A stretch of 64,000 bases of DNA from Terriglobia bacterium (GTDB lineage Bacteria; Acidobacteriota; Polarisedimenticolia; Polarisedimenticolales; JAIQFR01). Below, piece by piece: positions 20,456 through 28,907 of the stretch. The notes under the pieces were generated by a model. It saw only the letters and a program-made list of their open reading frames with translations, was not told the DNA's origin and did no database searches. The stretch lies in NCBI GenBank assembly GCA_963748015.1, contig CAVVHE010000004.1:128001-192000 (forward strand), read 5' to 3'. Both the position numbers and the translations under genes were made by a program. How positions within the stretch are numbered: the stretch's first letter is position 1; each line of letters opens with the position of its first letter.

Positions 20456-21172
20456 CTACCTCGATCCGGACGCGTGCCGTCCCCGCAGGCGGTCCCAGAA
20501 GCGGCGGAGCCGGCGCCCACGCGCGTACCAGGCCGCGGCTTCCTTCCCGACCGCGGCGATGGCCGCCGCCTCGTCGCGCCCGGTCCAGCGCGCCCTCATC
20601 CGGGCGAGAGCCACGAGGTCCTGCGCCGCGAGGCGTGCGAAGGCCGCGCGCCGGAAACGGCCCGGCCGCCGGCCGAGGACGAGGGCGGTGGCGAGATCCA
20701 CGAGGTGCACCGAGGGTCCCGGGCCGACGAGAACGTCCCGATGGTGAAGATCGCCCGCGGCGATTCCCCGCGCGTGGAGGCTTTCCAGGATCGCCCCGAT
20801 CCGGTCGAAGATCCCTTCGTCGAGCGCCTCGCCGCGAAGGTCGGCGAGCGTCTTCCCCTCTATCCACTCCAGGGCGAGCGCCCAAGGCCCGAGCCGGCCG
20901 AGGAATCGGGGCAGGCCCTCGACGCCCGCCGCCGCCCGATAGGCCGCCGCCTCCCGCCGGGTGAGCAGTCGCCCGATCGTCTGGCGTACCAGGAGGGGCC
21001 GCGGCCCGTAGTCCTTGACCGCCACTCCCTTCCCGTCGAGCCGGAAGAAGAGCACGTCGGCCTTGGTCCAGTTGCGCCCCGGAAGCCTTCGCAGGGGAGG
21101 GGCGGCCGCGAGTTGATCGGGTCTCACGGAACCGGGCTCGGGTGTGCTAGACTTCGTCTTTGTGTCGAACAC
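20456..21172 (-). CDS. Kdo/RIO-like small kinase-fold protein with degenerate catalytic loop; start uncertain (21172 or 21127)
   Basis: VAVKDY, RREAAAY, LEWIEG, LHARGIAAGDLHHRDVLV, LVDLA. Confidence 0.7.
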   Translation of the reverse strand: MFDTKTKSSTPEPGSVRPDQLAAAPPLRRLPGRNWTKADVLFFRLDGKGVAVKDYGPRPLLVRQTIGRLLTRREAAAYRAAAGVEGLPRFLGRLGPWALALEWIEGKTLADLRGEALDEGIFDRIGAILESLHARGIAAGDLHHRDVLVGPGPSVHLVDLATALVLGRRPGRFRRAAFARLAAQDLVALARMRARWTGRDEAAAIAAVGKEAAAWYARGRRLRRFWDRLRGRHASGSR

Positions 21173-21174
21173 GC

Positions 21175-21187
21175 TAAGCTGCTGATA
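21175..21187 (-). promoter_or_regulatory. IHF-consensus site between the divergent kinase genes
   Basis: Minus strand TATCAGCAGCTTA matches WATCARNNNNTTR, within an AT-richer patch. Confidence 0.45.
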
Positions 21188-21197
21188 TGGTTGAGGA

Positions 21198-21908
21198 TTG
21201 ATCCTCTTGACCCTCGTGGACCGGCTCAAGATACCATCCTCCACCGGGACCGACAATCGCCCGGCGGTTCCGACGCGCCCCCCGCGCCGCGACGAGATCG
21301 CCTCGGCGACCGTCGGGATGCTCAGGAAGGGGGGCCGGTTCAAGGCCGACCTGCTCCTCGTGGATCTGGGCGAGGGGGAGATGGTCGTCAAGGACTTCGC
21401 GGGCAAATCCGGATGGGGACGCCGCCTCGGCAGGATTCAGATCCGGCGGGAGCTCGAGGCCTACCGATGGCTCGGAAGGATGCCCGGCATTCCAGCTTTC
21501 ATCGGCGAGGTCGACGCGCTGGCTCTCGCAGTGGAGAAGGTCGAGGGACATCTGCTCCATGCCAGCCGGGACGGGAGCGAGAGCATGGAGGGCCCCGTCG
21601 CGAAGATCCGGGTGCTGATCGACCGCCTGCACGGCAAGGGTGTCGTCCACAACGACCTGCGCGGGCGCGACAATCTCATGCTGCGGCACGACGGCGACGT
21701 GGTGCTCCTGGATCTCGCCGGGGCGATCTGTCTCGCGCCGGGCGGCCTGGCTCACCGGGTGTTCTTCCGCTGGCTGGCCAAGACCGACGACTCGGCTTAC
21801 CTGAAGTGGAAAGAGTACCTGACCCCGGGAAGGCTGACCCCGGAGGAGAGGGCTTTTCTCCGCAGGTTCCGGATTCGAAGGCGCATGTGGCCGTTCAATC
21901 GCAAGTGA
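21198..21908 (+). CDS. Kdo/RIO-like small kinase-fold protein; start uncertain
   Basis: VVKDF, RRELEAY, EKVEG, LHGKGVVHNDLRGRDNLML, LLDLA. Confidence 0.75.
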   Translation: MILLTLVDRLKIPSSTGTDNRPAVPTRPPRRDEIASATVGMLRKGGRFKADLLLVDLGEGEMVVKDFAGKSGWGRRLGRIQIRRELEAYRWLGRMPGIPAFIGEVDALALAVEKVEGHLLHASRDGSESMEGPVAKIRVLIDRLHGKGVVHNDLRGRDNLMLRHDGDVVLLDLAGAICLAPGGLAHRVFFRWLAKTDDSAYLKWKEYLTPGRLTPEERAFLRRFRIRRRMWPFNRK

Positions 21909-21929
21909 GCCCGCCATGGAGGCGACACC

Positions 21930-22661
21930 TTGACCCACTCGAGCCGCGAGCCCGACCTGTCCATCGTCGTTCCGGTGTTCGAGGAGCGGGACAACCTCGA
22001 GCCGCTCGTCGATGAGATCCTCGAGGTTCTCTCCCCGACGGGCCTCGCCGTCGAGATCGTGCTGGTGAACGACGGGAGCCGCGACGGCTCGGCGGAGCGG
22101 ATCGCGGAGCTCGCCCGGTCGCGGCCCTCGGTCCGCGGCCTGCACTTCCGCGAGAACCGCGGGCAGTCCGCGGCCTTCGACGCGGGGTTCAAGGCGGCGC
22201 GGGGCCGCTTCGTGGTCACGCTCGACTCCGACCTCCAGAACGACCCGCGGGACATTCCCGCCCTCCTCGACTCCCTCGAGGACCACGACGCCGCGGTGGG
22301 CTACCGGAGGATCCGGAACGACTCCTGGTTGCGGCGTGTTTCTTCCGTCATCGCGAACAGCGTCCGGAACGGGCTTTCCGGCGACGACATCATCGACACG
22401 GGATGTTCGCTCAAGGCCTTCAGGGCCGAGGCGCTGGTCGGCCTGAAGCTCTACACCGGGATGCACCGCTTCCTTCCCACGCTGCTCCGGATCGAGGGAC
22501 GCAGCGTCGTGCAGCTTCCGGTCGGCCACCGGCCCCGCCGGTCGGGACGGAGCAAGTACGGCGTGTGGAACAGGGTCTTCCGGTCGTTTGCGGATCTCCT
22601 GGCGGTCCGCTGGATGAAGAAGCGCCGCCTGGCGTACGAGGTGGTCCGCCATGATCCTTGA
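21930..22661 (+). CDS. GT2 glycosyltransferase, polyprenyl-phosphate sugar synthase (ArnC/DPM1-like)
   Basis: LSIVVPVFEE, VNDGSRDGS, NRGQSAA, LDSDLQNDP, DTGCSLK, HRFLP, HRPRRSGRSKY. Confidence 0.9.
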   Translation: MTHSSREPDLSIVVPVFEERDNLEPLVDEILEVLSPTGLAVEIVLVNDGSRDGSAERIAELARSRPSVRGLHFRENRGQSAAFDAGFKAARGRFVVTLDSDLQNDPRDIPALLDSLEDHDAAVGYRRIRNDSWLRRVSSVIANSVRNGLSGDDIIDTGCSLKAFRAEALVGLKLYTGMHRFLPTLLRIEGRSVVQLPVGHRPRRSGRSKYGVWNRVFRSFADLLAVRWMKKRRLAYEVVRHDP

Positions 22662-22938
22662 CCGGGTGCCGACCGGCTGGCTCCTCCTGGGGTTCCTGGG
22701 GCAGGCGGGCTTCTCCGCTCGCTTCGCCGTGCAGTGGATGGCGTCGGAGCGCCGGGGGGAAAGCGTGATCCCGTCGTCGTTCTGGTGGCTCTCGCTGGCC
22801 GGCGGCGCGCTCCTCCTCGCGTACGCGCTGCACCGCGGGGATCCGGTCTTCGTCCTGGGACAAGCGGCCGGCCTGGCCGTTTACGCCAGGAATCTCGTTC
22901 TCCTGAGGCGGCGGCCGCAGGGGGGGACGCCCGCCTGA
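22651..22938 (+). CDS. Lipid-A-disaccharide synthase N-terminal (LAB-N) domain membrane protein
   Basis: GFLGQAGFSARFAVQWMASE...SVIP..FWWLSL.GG..LL.YA...DPVFVLGQ...YARNL. Confidence 0.85.
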   Translation: MILDRVPTGWLLLGFLGQAGFSARFAVQWMASERRGESVIPSSFWWLSLAGGALLLAYALHRGDPVFVLGQAAGLAVYARNLVLLRRRPQGGTPA

Positions 22939-22963
22939 CGTCCCCGTCCGCCGGAGCCGGCGA

Positions 22964-24199
22964 TCACCTCTTGCGGGCCGGTGGGCGCACGAGAACGCCC
23001 TCCATCTGAGCGTAGTAGCCGCGGCGCGTCGTGACCTTGAGTCCCGGTTTCGCCACGGTCACCCGGATTTCCCTCCAGGTGCCGTCGTGGCGCGAGTCGT
23101 CGGGCTCGTACGCGAGCGAGTACTGATGGCGTAGCTCCTGGGCCACCTCGTCGAAAGCTCTGCGGATCTGCCACGACCGGGAGGAGAAGATCGCCCTCCC
23201 TCCGGTGTCTTCCGCCATGGCCTTCAGGATCGCCTCGAGCGACCGCTTGCCCTCGAAGTCCATCTGCGAGTCGAGGCGATGGCCGACCCCGACGGTGAAG
23301 ATCATCACCTCGTTGCGCAACGCTCGGTCGAGGGCTTCGTGCAGCGTGTGAAGGCTCCCGGGCTCGAGTCCGCTCGCGGCCTCGTCCCTCCCGTCCGAGA
23401 GAAGCACCAGTACCCGCCGTCCTTCGAACTTCTCCAGCTGGTCGGCGGCCCGGTAGACGGCGTCGTAGAGGGCGGTGCCACCGCTGGCGGCCGTCCCCCG
23501 TATCGCGTCGGCGACGGCCGCGCGGTCCGTGGTCAGCGGCTGCGCGATCCGGACCGAATCGCTGAAGGTGACGAGCTGCACCTCGTCGTCGGGCTCGAGC
23601 AGCTTGAGGAATTCGAGCGCGGCCTCCTGGGCAGCCTCCAGCCGGCCCCCCTTCATGGACAACGACACGTCGAGGACGAGCGCGACGCGGAGCGGCTTCC
23701 AGTCCGTGCCGAACCGGTCGACCGTCTGGGGCCTCCCGTTCTCCAGGATGCGGAAGTCGTCCTTTCCCAACCCCTGGACGTAATTGCGATTGGAGTCGCG
23801 CACGACCGCGTAAACGTTCACGAGGTCCACATTCTCGACGAAGTCCGCGCGGAACGGGGTGACGCGCACCGTCTCTCTCGCGTCGGTCCCGTCGGAAAAG
23901 TACGCGACCGCCTCGAGGCGGTGCGCGGCAGACCCGTCTCCGGCGTCCCACTCGGCGCGCCACGGAGGCGACTCGACCGTCGCGAGCGCCTTGCCGTCCA
24001 CCGAAAAGTCCACTCGCCTGACCGAGCCGCCCGGGGGCGGCTCGACGGTGACCTCGACACGGACCTTCCCGACCACGGAGCCGAGGTTCGCGGGGGAAAG
24101 GAAGCGGACGGACCTCCCGGCGCCGACGGCGACGGTCAGCGCCAGCGCGAAGGCAACGAGCGCGGTCACGAGAGCGGATCGCCGGATCGTGGGGCTCAT
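22964..24199 (-). CDS. Exported Ig-like + VWA domain protein
   Basis: Signal peptide, Ig-like VDFSVDG...WRAEWD, canonical MIDAS LDVSLSM, GGTALYDA, LSDGRD, TGG, YSLAY; GAGGAG-like RBS before 24199. Confidence 0.85.
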   Translation of the reverse strand: MSPTIRRSALVTALVAFALALTVAVGAGRSVRFLSPANLGSVVGKVRVEVTVEPPPGGSVRRVDFSVDGKALATVESPPWRAEWDAGDGSAAHRLEAVAYFSDGTDARETVRVTPFRADFVENVDLVNVYAVVRDSNRNYVQGLGKDDFRILENGRPQTVDRFGTDWKPLRVALVLDVSLSMKGGRLEAAQEAALEFLKLLEPDDEVQLVTFSDSVRIAQPLTTDRAAVADAIRGTAASGGTALYDAVYRAADQLEKFEGRRVLVLLSDGRDEAASGLEPGSLHTLHEALDRALRNEVMIFTVGVGHRLDSQMDFEGKRSLEAILKAMAEDTGGRAIFSSRSWQIRRAFDEVAQELRHQYSLAYEPDDSRHDGTWREIRVTVAKPGLKVTTRRGYYAQMEGVLVRPPARKR

Positions 24200-24300
24200 C
24201 TCTTCTGTGTCCTTCGCGGACGGTCCTGCGCCGCGACCATCATAGCTCCCCGGCCGGGGGAAAGGCCATGGCTCGCGGCGCGGAGCGGTCGTGCGCGGCG

Positions 24301-26349
24301 CTATCCCCGCGCGGGATCGGGGACGATGCGGCGGACCTGGAAAACCGCCAAGCGCCCCTCGCCGTCCACGCCGAACTCCACGTCCTGCGCGCGCCCCGTC
24401 GCCGCTTCGAGGGCGGCGGCGAGGGCCGCGAGACGCGACAGTTCCTCGCCGTCGAGGCACGGGCGGCCCACCCTGTCGGGGGGCAGGGGAGCCTCGACGG
24501 TACCGGTGCCGGCGGGATCGAGCGCGAGGAAGGTCGCGGCGGCGCCGGACTCCGCGGAGACGAGCTTCCCGGTGCCGCGCCGGACGCGGTACACGTCTCC
24601 TTCGACTTCCCCCTGGGAGATCGCCTCGCCGAGACCCCACGCCGCGTTCACCAGGAGCGTCCCGGCGTCGCCCGAAGGGTCCTGGGTGAGAAGGACGCCG
24701 GCCGTTCGCGTCGGGACGGCCTCCTGGACCAGTACCGCCTGGCTCGCTTCCAGCGGGGAGATGCCGAGCGCTCCCATGGCGCGGAGCGCCCGCGCATTCC
24801 AGAGCGACGCCCATGCCAGCCGGATCCGGTGCATCAGCTCGTCGAACCCGGCGACGCCGAGCCAGCTGTCGAACAGACCCGCGAGAGATCCTTCCGGGCC
24901 GTCCTCGATCGTCGCGGAGGACCGGACCGCGAGCCTCGACGGACCGATCTGCTTCAGGGCGGTCTCGACCGGCCGGAGAACGTCATCCAGGACCTCGCCG
25001 GAGAGGAGAATCGCCCGGGCCCGCCGGGACAGCGCCGCGGCATCCCGGCACTCCCGCACGGCCTCGCTCAGGCGCTCGCCTCGCTCGCCGAGGAGGTGCA
25101 GCCGGTAGGCCGCCGTGGTCACGACGAAGCCGCGCGGGATCGTGCACCCCGCGGGGAGCGCCTCGCAGACGGCGAGGAGTCCCGCGGCCTTTCCGCCCAC
25201 GACGGCGCGGTCCGCCGGGGTCCCGCCCGCGAGCGGCACCACGAGGCCCGTTCCGGAGCCCTCGCGCTCGCAGGCCACCACGCGGGCGAGCCGGGACTCG
25301 AGGCGCGCCAGGGCGTCGTGCGCGATCCCGGCTGCCCTCGCCCGCCGCGCCAACCCGAGGAGCCCCCCGAGGCGCGAGCGGAGGGTGGCGTCGGGCCATT
25401 CGTCCGCGGCCTTTACGTCCGCCCCGAGACGCGCGGTCAGCTCGTCCCGCCGGCGCCCCGCCTCGGCGAGAGCCGGATCGAGGAGGCCGGCCAGCGCGGC
25501 CGGATCCACCGCGAGATCCTCGAGGCGATCGAGATCCGTCCGGACGGCCTCGCGCAGGGATCGCGCGGCGCGATCGAGCGCGTCGAGGTCGTCGTGGAGC
25601 GGGAGCGCCGCGAGCGCTTCCTCGGCTCGGGAGCGGGCCGATGCGACCGTCCTCTCGCGGAGGTCGGCGGCGCACGAGGCGGCCTCCGGTCCGGCGGAGG
25701 GCGAGGCTCGCAGCGCCGCGATCAGTCGCCGTGCGACGGACCCGGCCGGGAGCGCCCGGTACAGGACGGAAGCTTCCATCACATAGGCGATCACGAGGGC
25801 GCCATGGGTCGAAGCGAGGTCGACGATCGCGCGCATCGGGGCGGGGTCGTCCGGCCCCCCGGCGAGATCGCGAAGGGCGGCATGGGCCCTCCGGATCGCG
25901 TGTCTCGCGTCCTCGTCGAGCCCGCCGGGGATGCCGACCTTGCCGGAAGTGCCGTCGATCGTCGCGACGTCGCCTTCCCGCAGCACCGCGCGCTTCTCCT
26001 CGCCGCCGACCACGTCAAGGAGCTCGAGCAGCTCTTCTCCGGAATCCGCGGGAAGAATGCGCGCGGGGCAGGTCGCGCCGAGGGAAACCGACGGCTTCCC
26101 GAACTCTCTCGAGAGCAGGCTGACGTGGGAGAGGAGCGATCCGGAGAGAGTGAGCGTTCCGGCCGACGCCAGGATGCGCCCCACGTCGTCGGGAACGGCC
26201 CGCTCGGCGACCAGGATCGCCCCCTCGGCGTCTTCCCGCGAGAGGCCCGGGGAGTTCCTGCGAAGCGGTCCGCACGCGAGGCCGGGAGCGGTTCCCTTGC
26301 CTCGCAGCACGAGAATGCTCCCGCGTGCGTACGCTTCGCGCTCGATCAT
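24301..26349 (-). CDS. PEP-synthase/dikinase-family protein with N-terminal phospho-His swivel domain and C-terminal ATP-grasp domain
   Basis: N-term GSLLSHVSLLSREFGKPSV...GDVATIDGTSGKV; C-term VGGKAAGL, IPRGFVVT, AVRSSATIEDG...SLAGLFDS, AWGLGE, QDVEF, FQVR. Confidence 0.8.
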   Translation of the reverse strand: MIEREAYARGSILVLRGKGTAPGLACGPLRRNSPGLSREDAEGAILVAERAVPDDVGRILASAGTLTLSGSLLSHVSLLSREFGKPSVSLGATCPARILPADSGEELLELLDVVGGEEKRAVLREGDVATIDGTSGKVGIPGGLDEDARHAIRRAHAALRDLAGGPDDPAPMRAIVDLASTHGALVIAYVMEASVLYRALPAGSVARRLIAALRASPSAGPEAASCAADLRERTVASARSRAEEALAALPLHDDLDALDRAARSLREAVRTDLDRLEDLAVDPAALAGLLDPALAEAGRRRDELTARLGADVKAADEWPDATLRSRLGGLLGLARRARAAGIAHDALARLESRLARVVACEREGSGTGLVVPLAGGTPADRAVVGGKAAGLLAVCEALPAGCTIPRGFVVTTAAYRLHLLGERGERLSEAVRECRDAAALSRRARAILLSGEVLDDVLRPVETALKQIGPSRLAVRSSATIEDGPEGSLAGLFDSWLGVAGFDELMHRIRLAWASLWNARALRAMGALGISPLEASQAVLVQEAVPTRTAGVLLTQDPSGDAGTLLVNAAWGLGEAISQGEVEGDVYRVRRGTGKLVSAESGAAATFLALDPAGTGTVEAPLPPDRVGRPCLDGEELSRLAALAAALEAATGRAQDVEFGVDGEGRLAVFQVRRIVPDPARG

Positions 26350-26386
26350 TCCGCCCGGATTCTACCAGGGCACCCCCGCCCTCCCA

Positions 26387-27574
26387 TCAGGGCGCGGGCG
26401 CGGCCGGGACCGGCGGACCGGCGACGGGAGGCGCCGGCGAAGGCGGCACGGTCGTCGCTCCGTAACGCTTCCCGCCGAAGCGGGTCAGGATCACGAGCCC
26501 CACCGCCATCGCATCGAGCACGAACCAGACGAGGGTTCCGATGCAGAACGGGAGGAACCGCAGGAGCGCGAACGGCAGGAACCCGAGAAGGATGGCGCCG
26601 AGGAGCGACATCTCGCGTCCCATCAGGCGCCCGATCCTCCTGCCGACGAACTCGAAGATGCCCCCGAGCCCCATCCACTTCACGATGACGAACGCGAAGT
26701 AGAGGAGCAGCGCCGCGGGGATCCCGATGATCGTGATGCACAGCAGGATCATCACCATGACCAGGACGATGTACCCCCCGAGACCGGCGAAGAACGCCAT
26801 GAACGGGTGGAGCGGGGCTTCCTCGCCGAGGAGCCGGATCCTGTCGGGGACGAACGCCGCGAGGAGCACCAGGCCGATGAACACGAGTACGAGCTTCAGG
26901 AGCTTGGCCCAGAAGAGGATGATGCCGAGCATGCCGAGCGGACCGGGCATGTGGGCGAGCCACTTCCCCCCGACGCCGATGTTGACCACCTGGCCGCCGA
27001 CGCTCGCGTCGCCGCGATCGAGGCCGCCGGCGACGTTGACGAGGTCCCTGCCGACGCTCGCTCCGGGATGGAGGACCAGCTTCGAGGCGACCCCGACCAC
27101 GCTCCCTCCGGCGGGCCCGTGCATGTCGAGCTTCCCGCCGATCACCACCACGTCGCGGCGGACCTTGCCGAGGATCTTGACGTTCCCGGCGATGCAGACC
27201 ACGCTTCCGGGGACCTCCGTCCCCGCCGGGATCTCGACGTCGCTCATCACGACGACCTTGTCCGGCCCGCTCGAGCCCTCGAAGATGGCCCCCTCGTCGT
27301 CGCCCTCGTCCTCGGCGGGCGCCGGCTCGGCCTCGGGTGCGGGAGGAGCGGCCGGTGCCGGCGAGGAAGCGGACGGAGCCGCGGGCTTCGGAGGGGCCTG
27401 CGGCTTCTCCACGGCCGGCGGGGTCTTCCCCGCGGCGGCCTGCGCCGGGGGAGGCGCGGCCTTCGCCTTCTCCTCGGCCGCGGCCGAGGCCGGAAGCAGC
27501 AGCGACGCAAGAAGGGCCAGGATCGCCAGGGCCCCGATGTTCTTCGCGTGGCGTCTCATTTTGCGGCTCCTCAT
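26387..27574 (-). CDS. Membrane protein: signal peptide, Pro/Ala linker, bactofilin-like beta-helix repeats, multi-TM C-terminus
   Basis: VPGSVVCIAGNVKILGKVRRDVVVIGG-type repeats followed by about 5 TM helices; ATGA overlap with the anti-sigma stop. Confidence 0.7.
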   Translation of the reverse strand: MRSRKMRRHAKNIGALAILALLASLLLPASAAAEEKAKAAPPPAQAAAGKTPPAVEKPQAPPKPAAPSASSPAPAAPPAPEAEPAPAEDEGDDEGAIFEGSSGPDKVVVMSDVEIPAGTEVPGSVVCIAGNVKILGKVRRDVVVIGGKLDMHGPAGGSVVGVASKLVLHPGASVGRDLVNVAGGLDRGDASVGGQVVNIGVGGKWLAHMPGPLGMLGIILFWAKLLKLVLVFIGLVLLAAFVPDRIRLLGEEAPLHPFMAFFAGLGGYIVLVMVMILLCITIIGIPAALLLYFAFVIVKWMGLGGIFEFVGRRIGRLMGREMSLLGAILLGFLPFALLRFLPFCIGTLVWFVLDAMAVGLVILTRFGGKRYGATTVPPSPAPPVAGPPVPAAPAP

Positions 27575-28176
27575 GAGCGGTCCGCCGGGACGCGGGCCCG
27601 GAGGTCGCGCCCGATGACCGCGGCGGTCATGGTCAGCATGGCAAGGACGATCACGGCCGCCGCTCCCACGAAGAGCGGCCGTGCGGCTCGCACCAATACG
27701 GAGGCTGTGGAGAGAAAGTCCCATGCGGCGCCAACGAGCGGCCTCAAGCTCGAGAGAACCTCGACCCACGCCCGGCCCAGCAAGGAGAGGAACCCCCCGG
27801 TCTCGAGGGTGGCGCGCCCCGCGCCGCGGGCGATGCCGAGCATCGAGGGGGCGAGGAACGCCCCGGACACGAGCACGGCGAAGGCGAGCGCCGCGGCCAG
27901 GGCACCCGCCCATGCGAGATGCCGGGCGGAGACCGGCTCCCGCCGCGGAGGGGCCAGCTCGTCCAGGGCCGTCATGACGCGCTCCGCCACGTTCACCCGG
28001 AACGGCGGTTCCGCCGCCAGGAGAGCCAGCGCGGCGTCGAGGCGGGCCTCGACCCTCGCGGCCTCCGCGCACGCCGCGCACCCTTCGAGGTGCTCGCGCA
28101 GGGCAGCCTCGGCCTCGGGGCGAAGCGTCCCCAGGCCCCTCTCGCCAATCACGTTCCTCGCGCTGCGGCAGATCAT
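27571..28176 (-). CDS. Zinc-binding (ZAS/zf-HC2) transmembrane anti-sigma factor
   Basis: MIC...EHLEGCAAC (HxxxCxxC), TM helices, directly downstream of an ECF sigma gene. Confidence 0.85.
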   Translation of the reverse strand: MICRSARNVIGERGLGTLRPEAEAALREHLEGCAACAEAARVEARLDAALALLAAEPPFRVNVAERVMTALDELAPPRREPVSARHLAWAGALAAALAFAVLVSGAFLAPSMLGIARGAGRATLETGGFLSLLGRAWVEVLSSLRPLVGAAWDFLSTASVLVRAARPLFVGAAAVIVLAMLTMTAAVIGRDLRARVPADRS

Positions 28177-28181
28177 GTTCG

Positions 28182-28760
28182 TCAGGCTCCGAAGTGCTCG
28201 GGATGGCGGCGGACGAGGATCTTGCGGAGCGCGTCGCGGCCGCGCATCAGCCGGGTCTTCACGGTGCCTTCCGGCACGCCGAGGGTCCGCGCGACCTCGT
28301 CCACCCGCTTGCCTTCCACGTACACGAGGAAGATCGCCTCGCGGTATCTCGCATCGATGTCGGAGAGCGCGTCGCGTACCAGCGACCGCCGCTCCCCCGT
28401 CTCGGCCCGTTCCTCCGGCCCCGGCGCGTCGTCGGCGACCTGGGCGGGCATCTCGGTGCGCCCCTGCTCCCGCCGGGCCCGGCGCCCGAGATCGAGGATG
28501 TGGTTGGCGGCGAGGCGGTACAACCAGGTCGAGAACGGGTAATCCGGCCTGTACTGGTGGAGGTTCCTGTAAACCTTGATCATGACCTCGCTCACGACGT
28601 CCTCGATGTCGTCCCGCCGGATGCCGTATCGCCACGCCACGCCCGCCACCAGGTTCTGGTAGCGCCGGACGAGCCCGGCAAAGGCGTCGTGGTCGCCCCG
28701 GAGGATCGCTTCGACCGCTGCCATGTCCTCGGCCGGTCGGTCCTCCATGACCGCTCCCAT
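28182..28760 (-). CDS. ECF RNA polymerase sigma factor (start 28760 or 28748)
   Basis: AFAGLVRRYQ, DIEDVVSEV, FSTWLYRLAAN, VARTLGVPEGTVKTRLMRGR. Confidence 0.93.
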   Translation of the reverse strand: MGAVMEDRPAEDMAAVEAILRGDHDAFAGLVRRYQNLVAGVAWRYGIRRDDIEDVVSEVMIKVYRNLHQYRPDYPFSTWLYRLAANHILDLGRRARREQGRTEMPAQVADDAPGPEERAETGERRSLVRDALSDIDARYREAIFLVYVEGKRVDEVARTLGVPEGTVKTRLMRGRDALRKILVRRHPEHFGA

Positions 28761-28766
28761 CGAGTG

Positions 28767-28792
28767 AAACGAGGCTGGCGCCCCGGGGTTCC
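28767..28792 (-). promoter_or_regulatory. Putative autoregulated ECF promoter
   Basis: Minus strand GGAAC-N16-CGTTT, ending 6 nt before ATG 28760. Confidence 0.6.
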
Positions 28793-28907
28793 CGGCGTTT
28801 TCCGTGACGGACCGGGAGGCCTACGGTGGCGTTCGAGAGGCGCTAGTATAGACGTTGCGGGCGCCCCGCCGGGGCGCCGGATTCGCCCGGATCGACCAGG
28901 AGGATGC

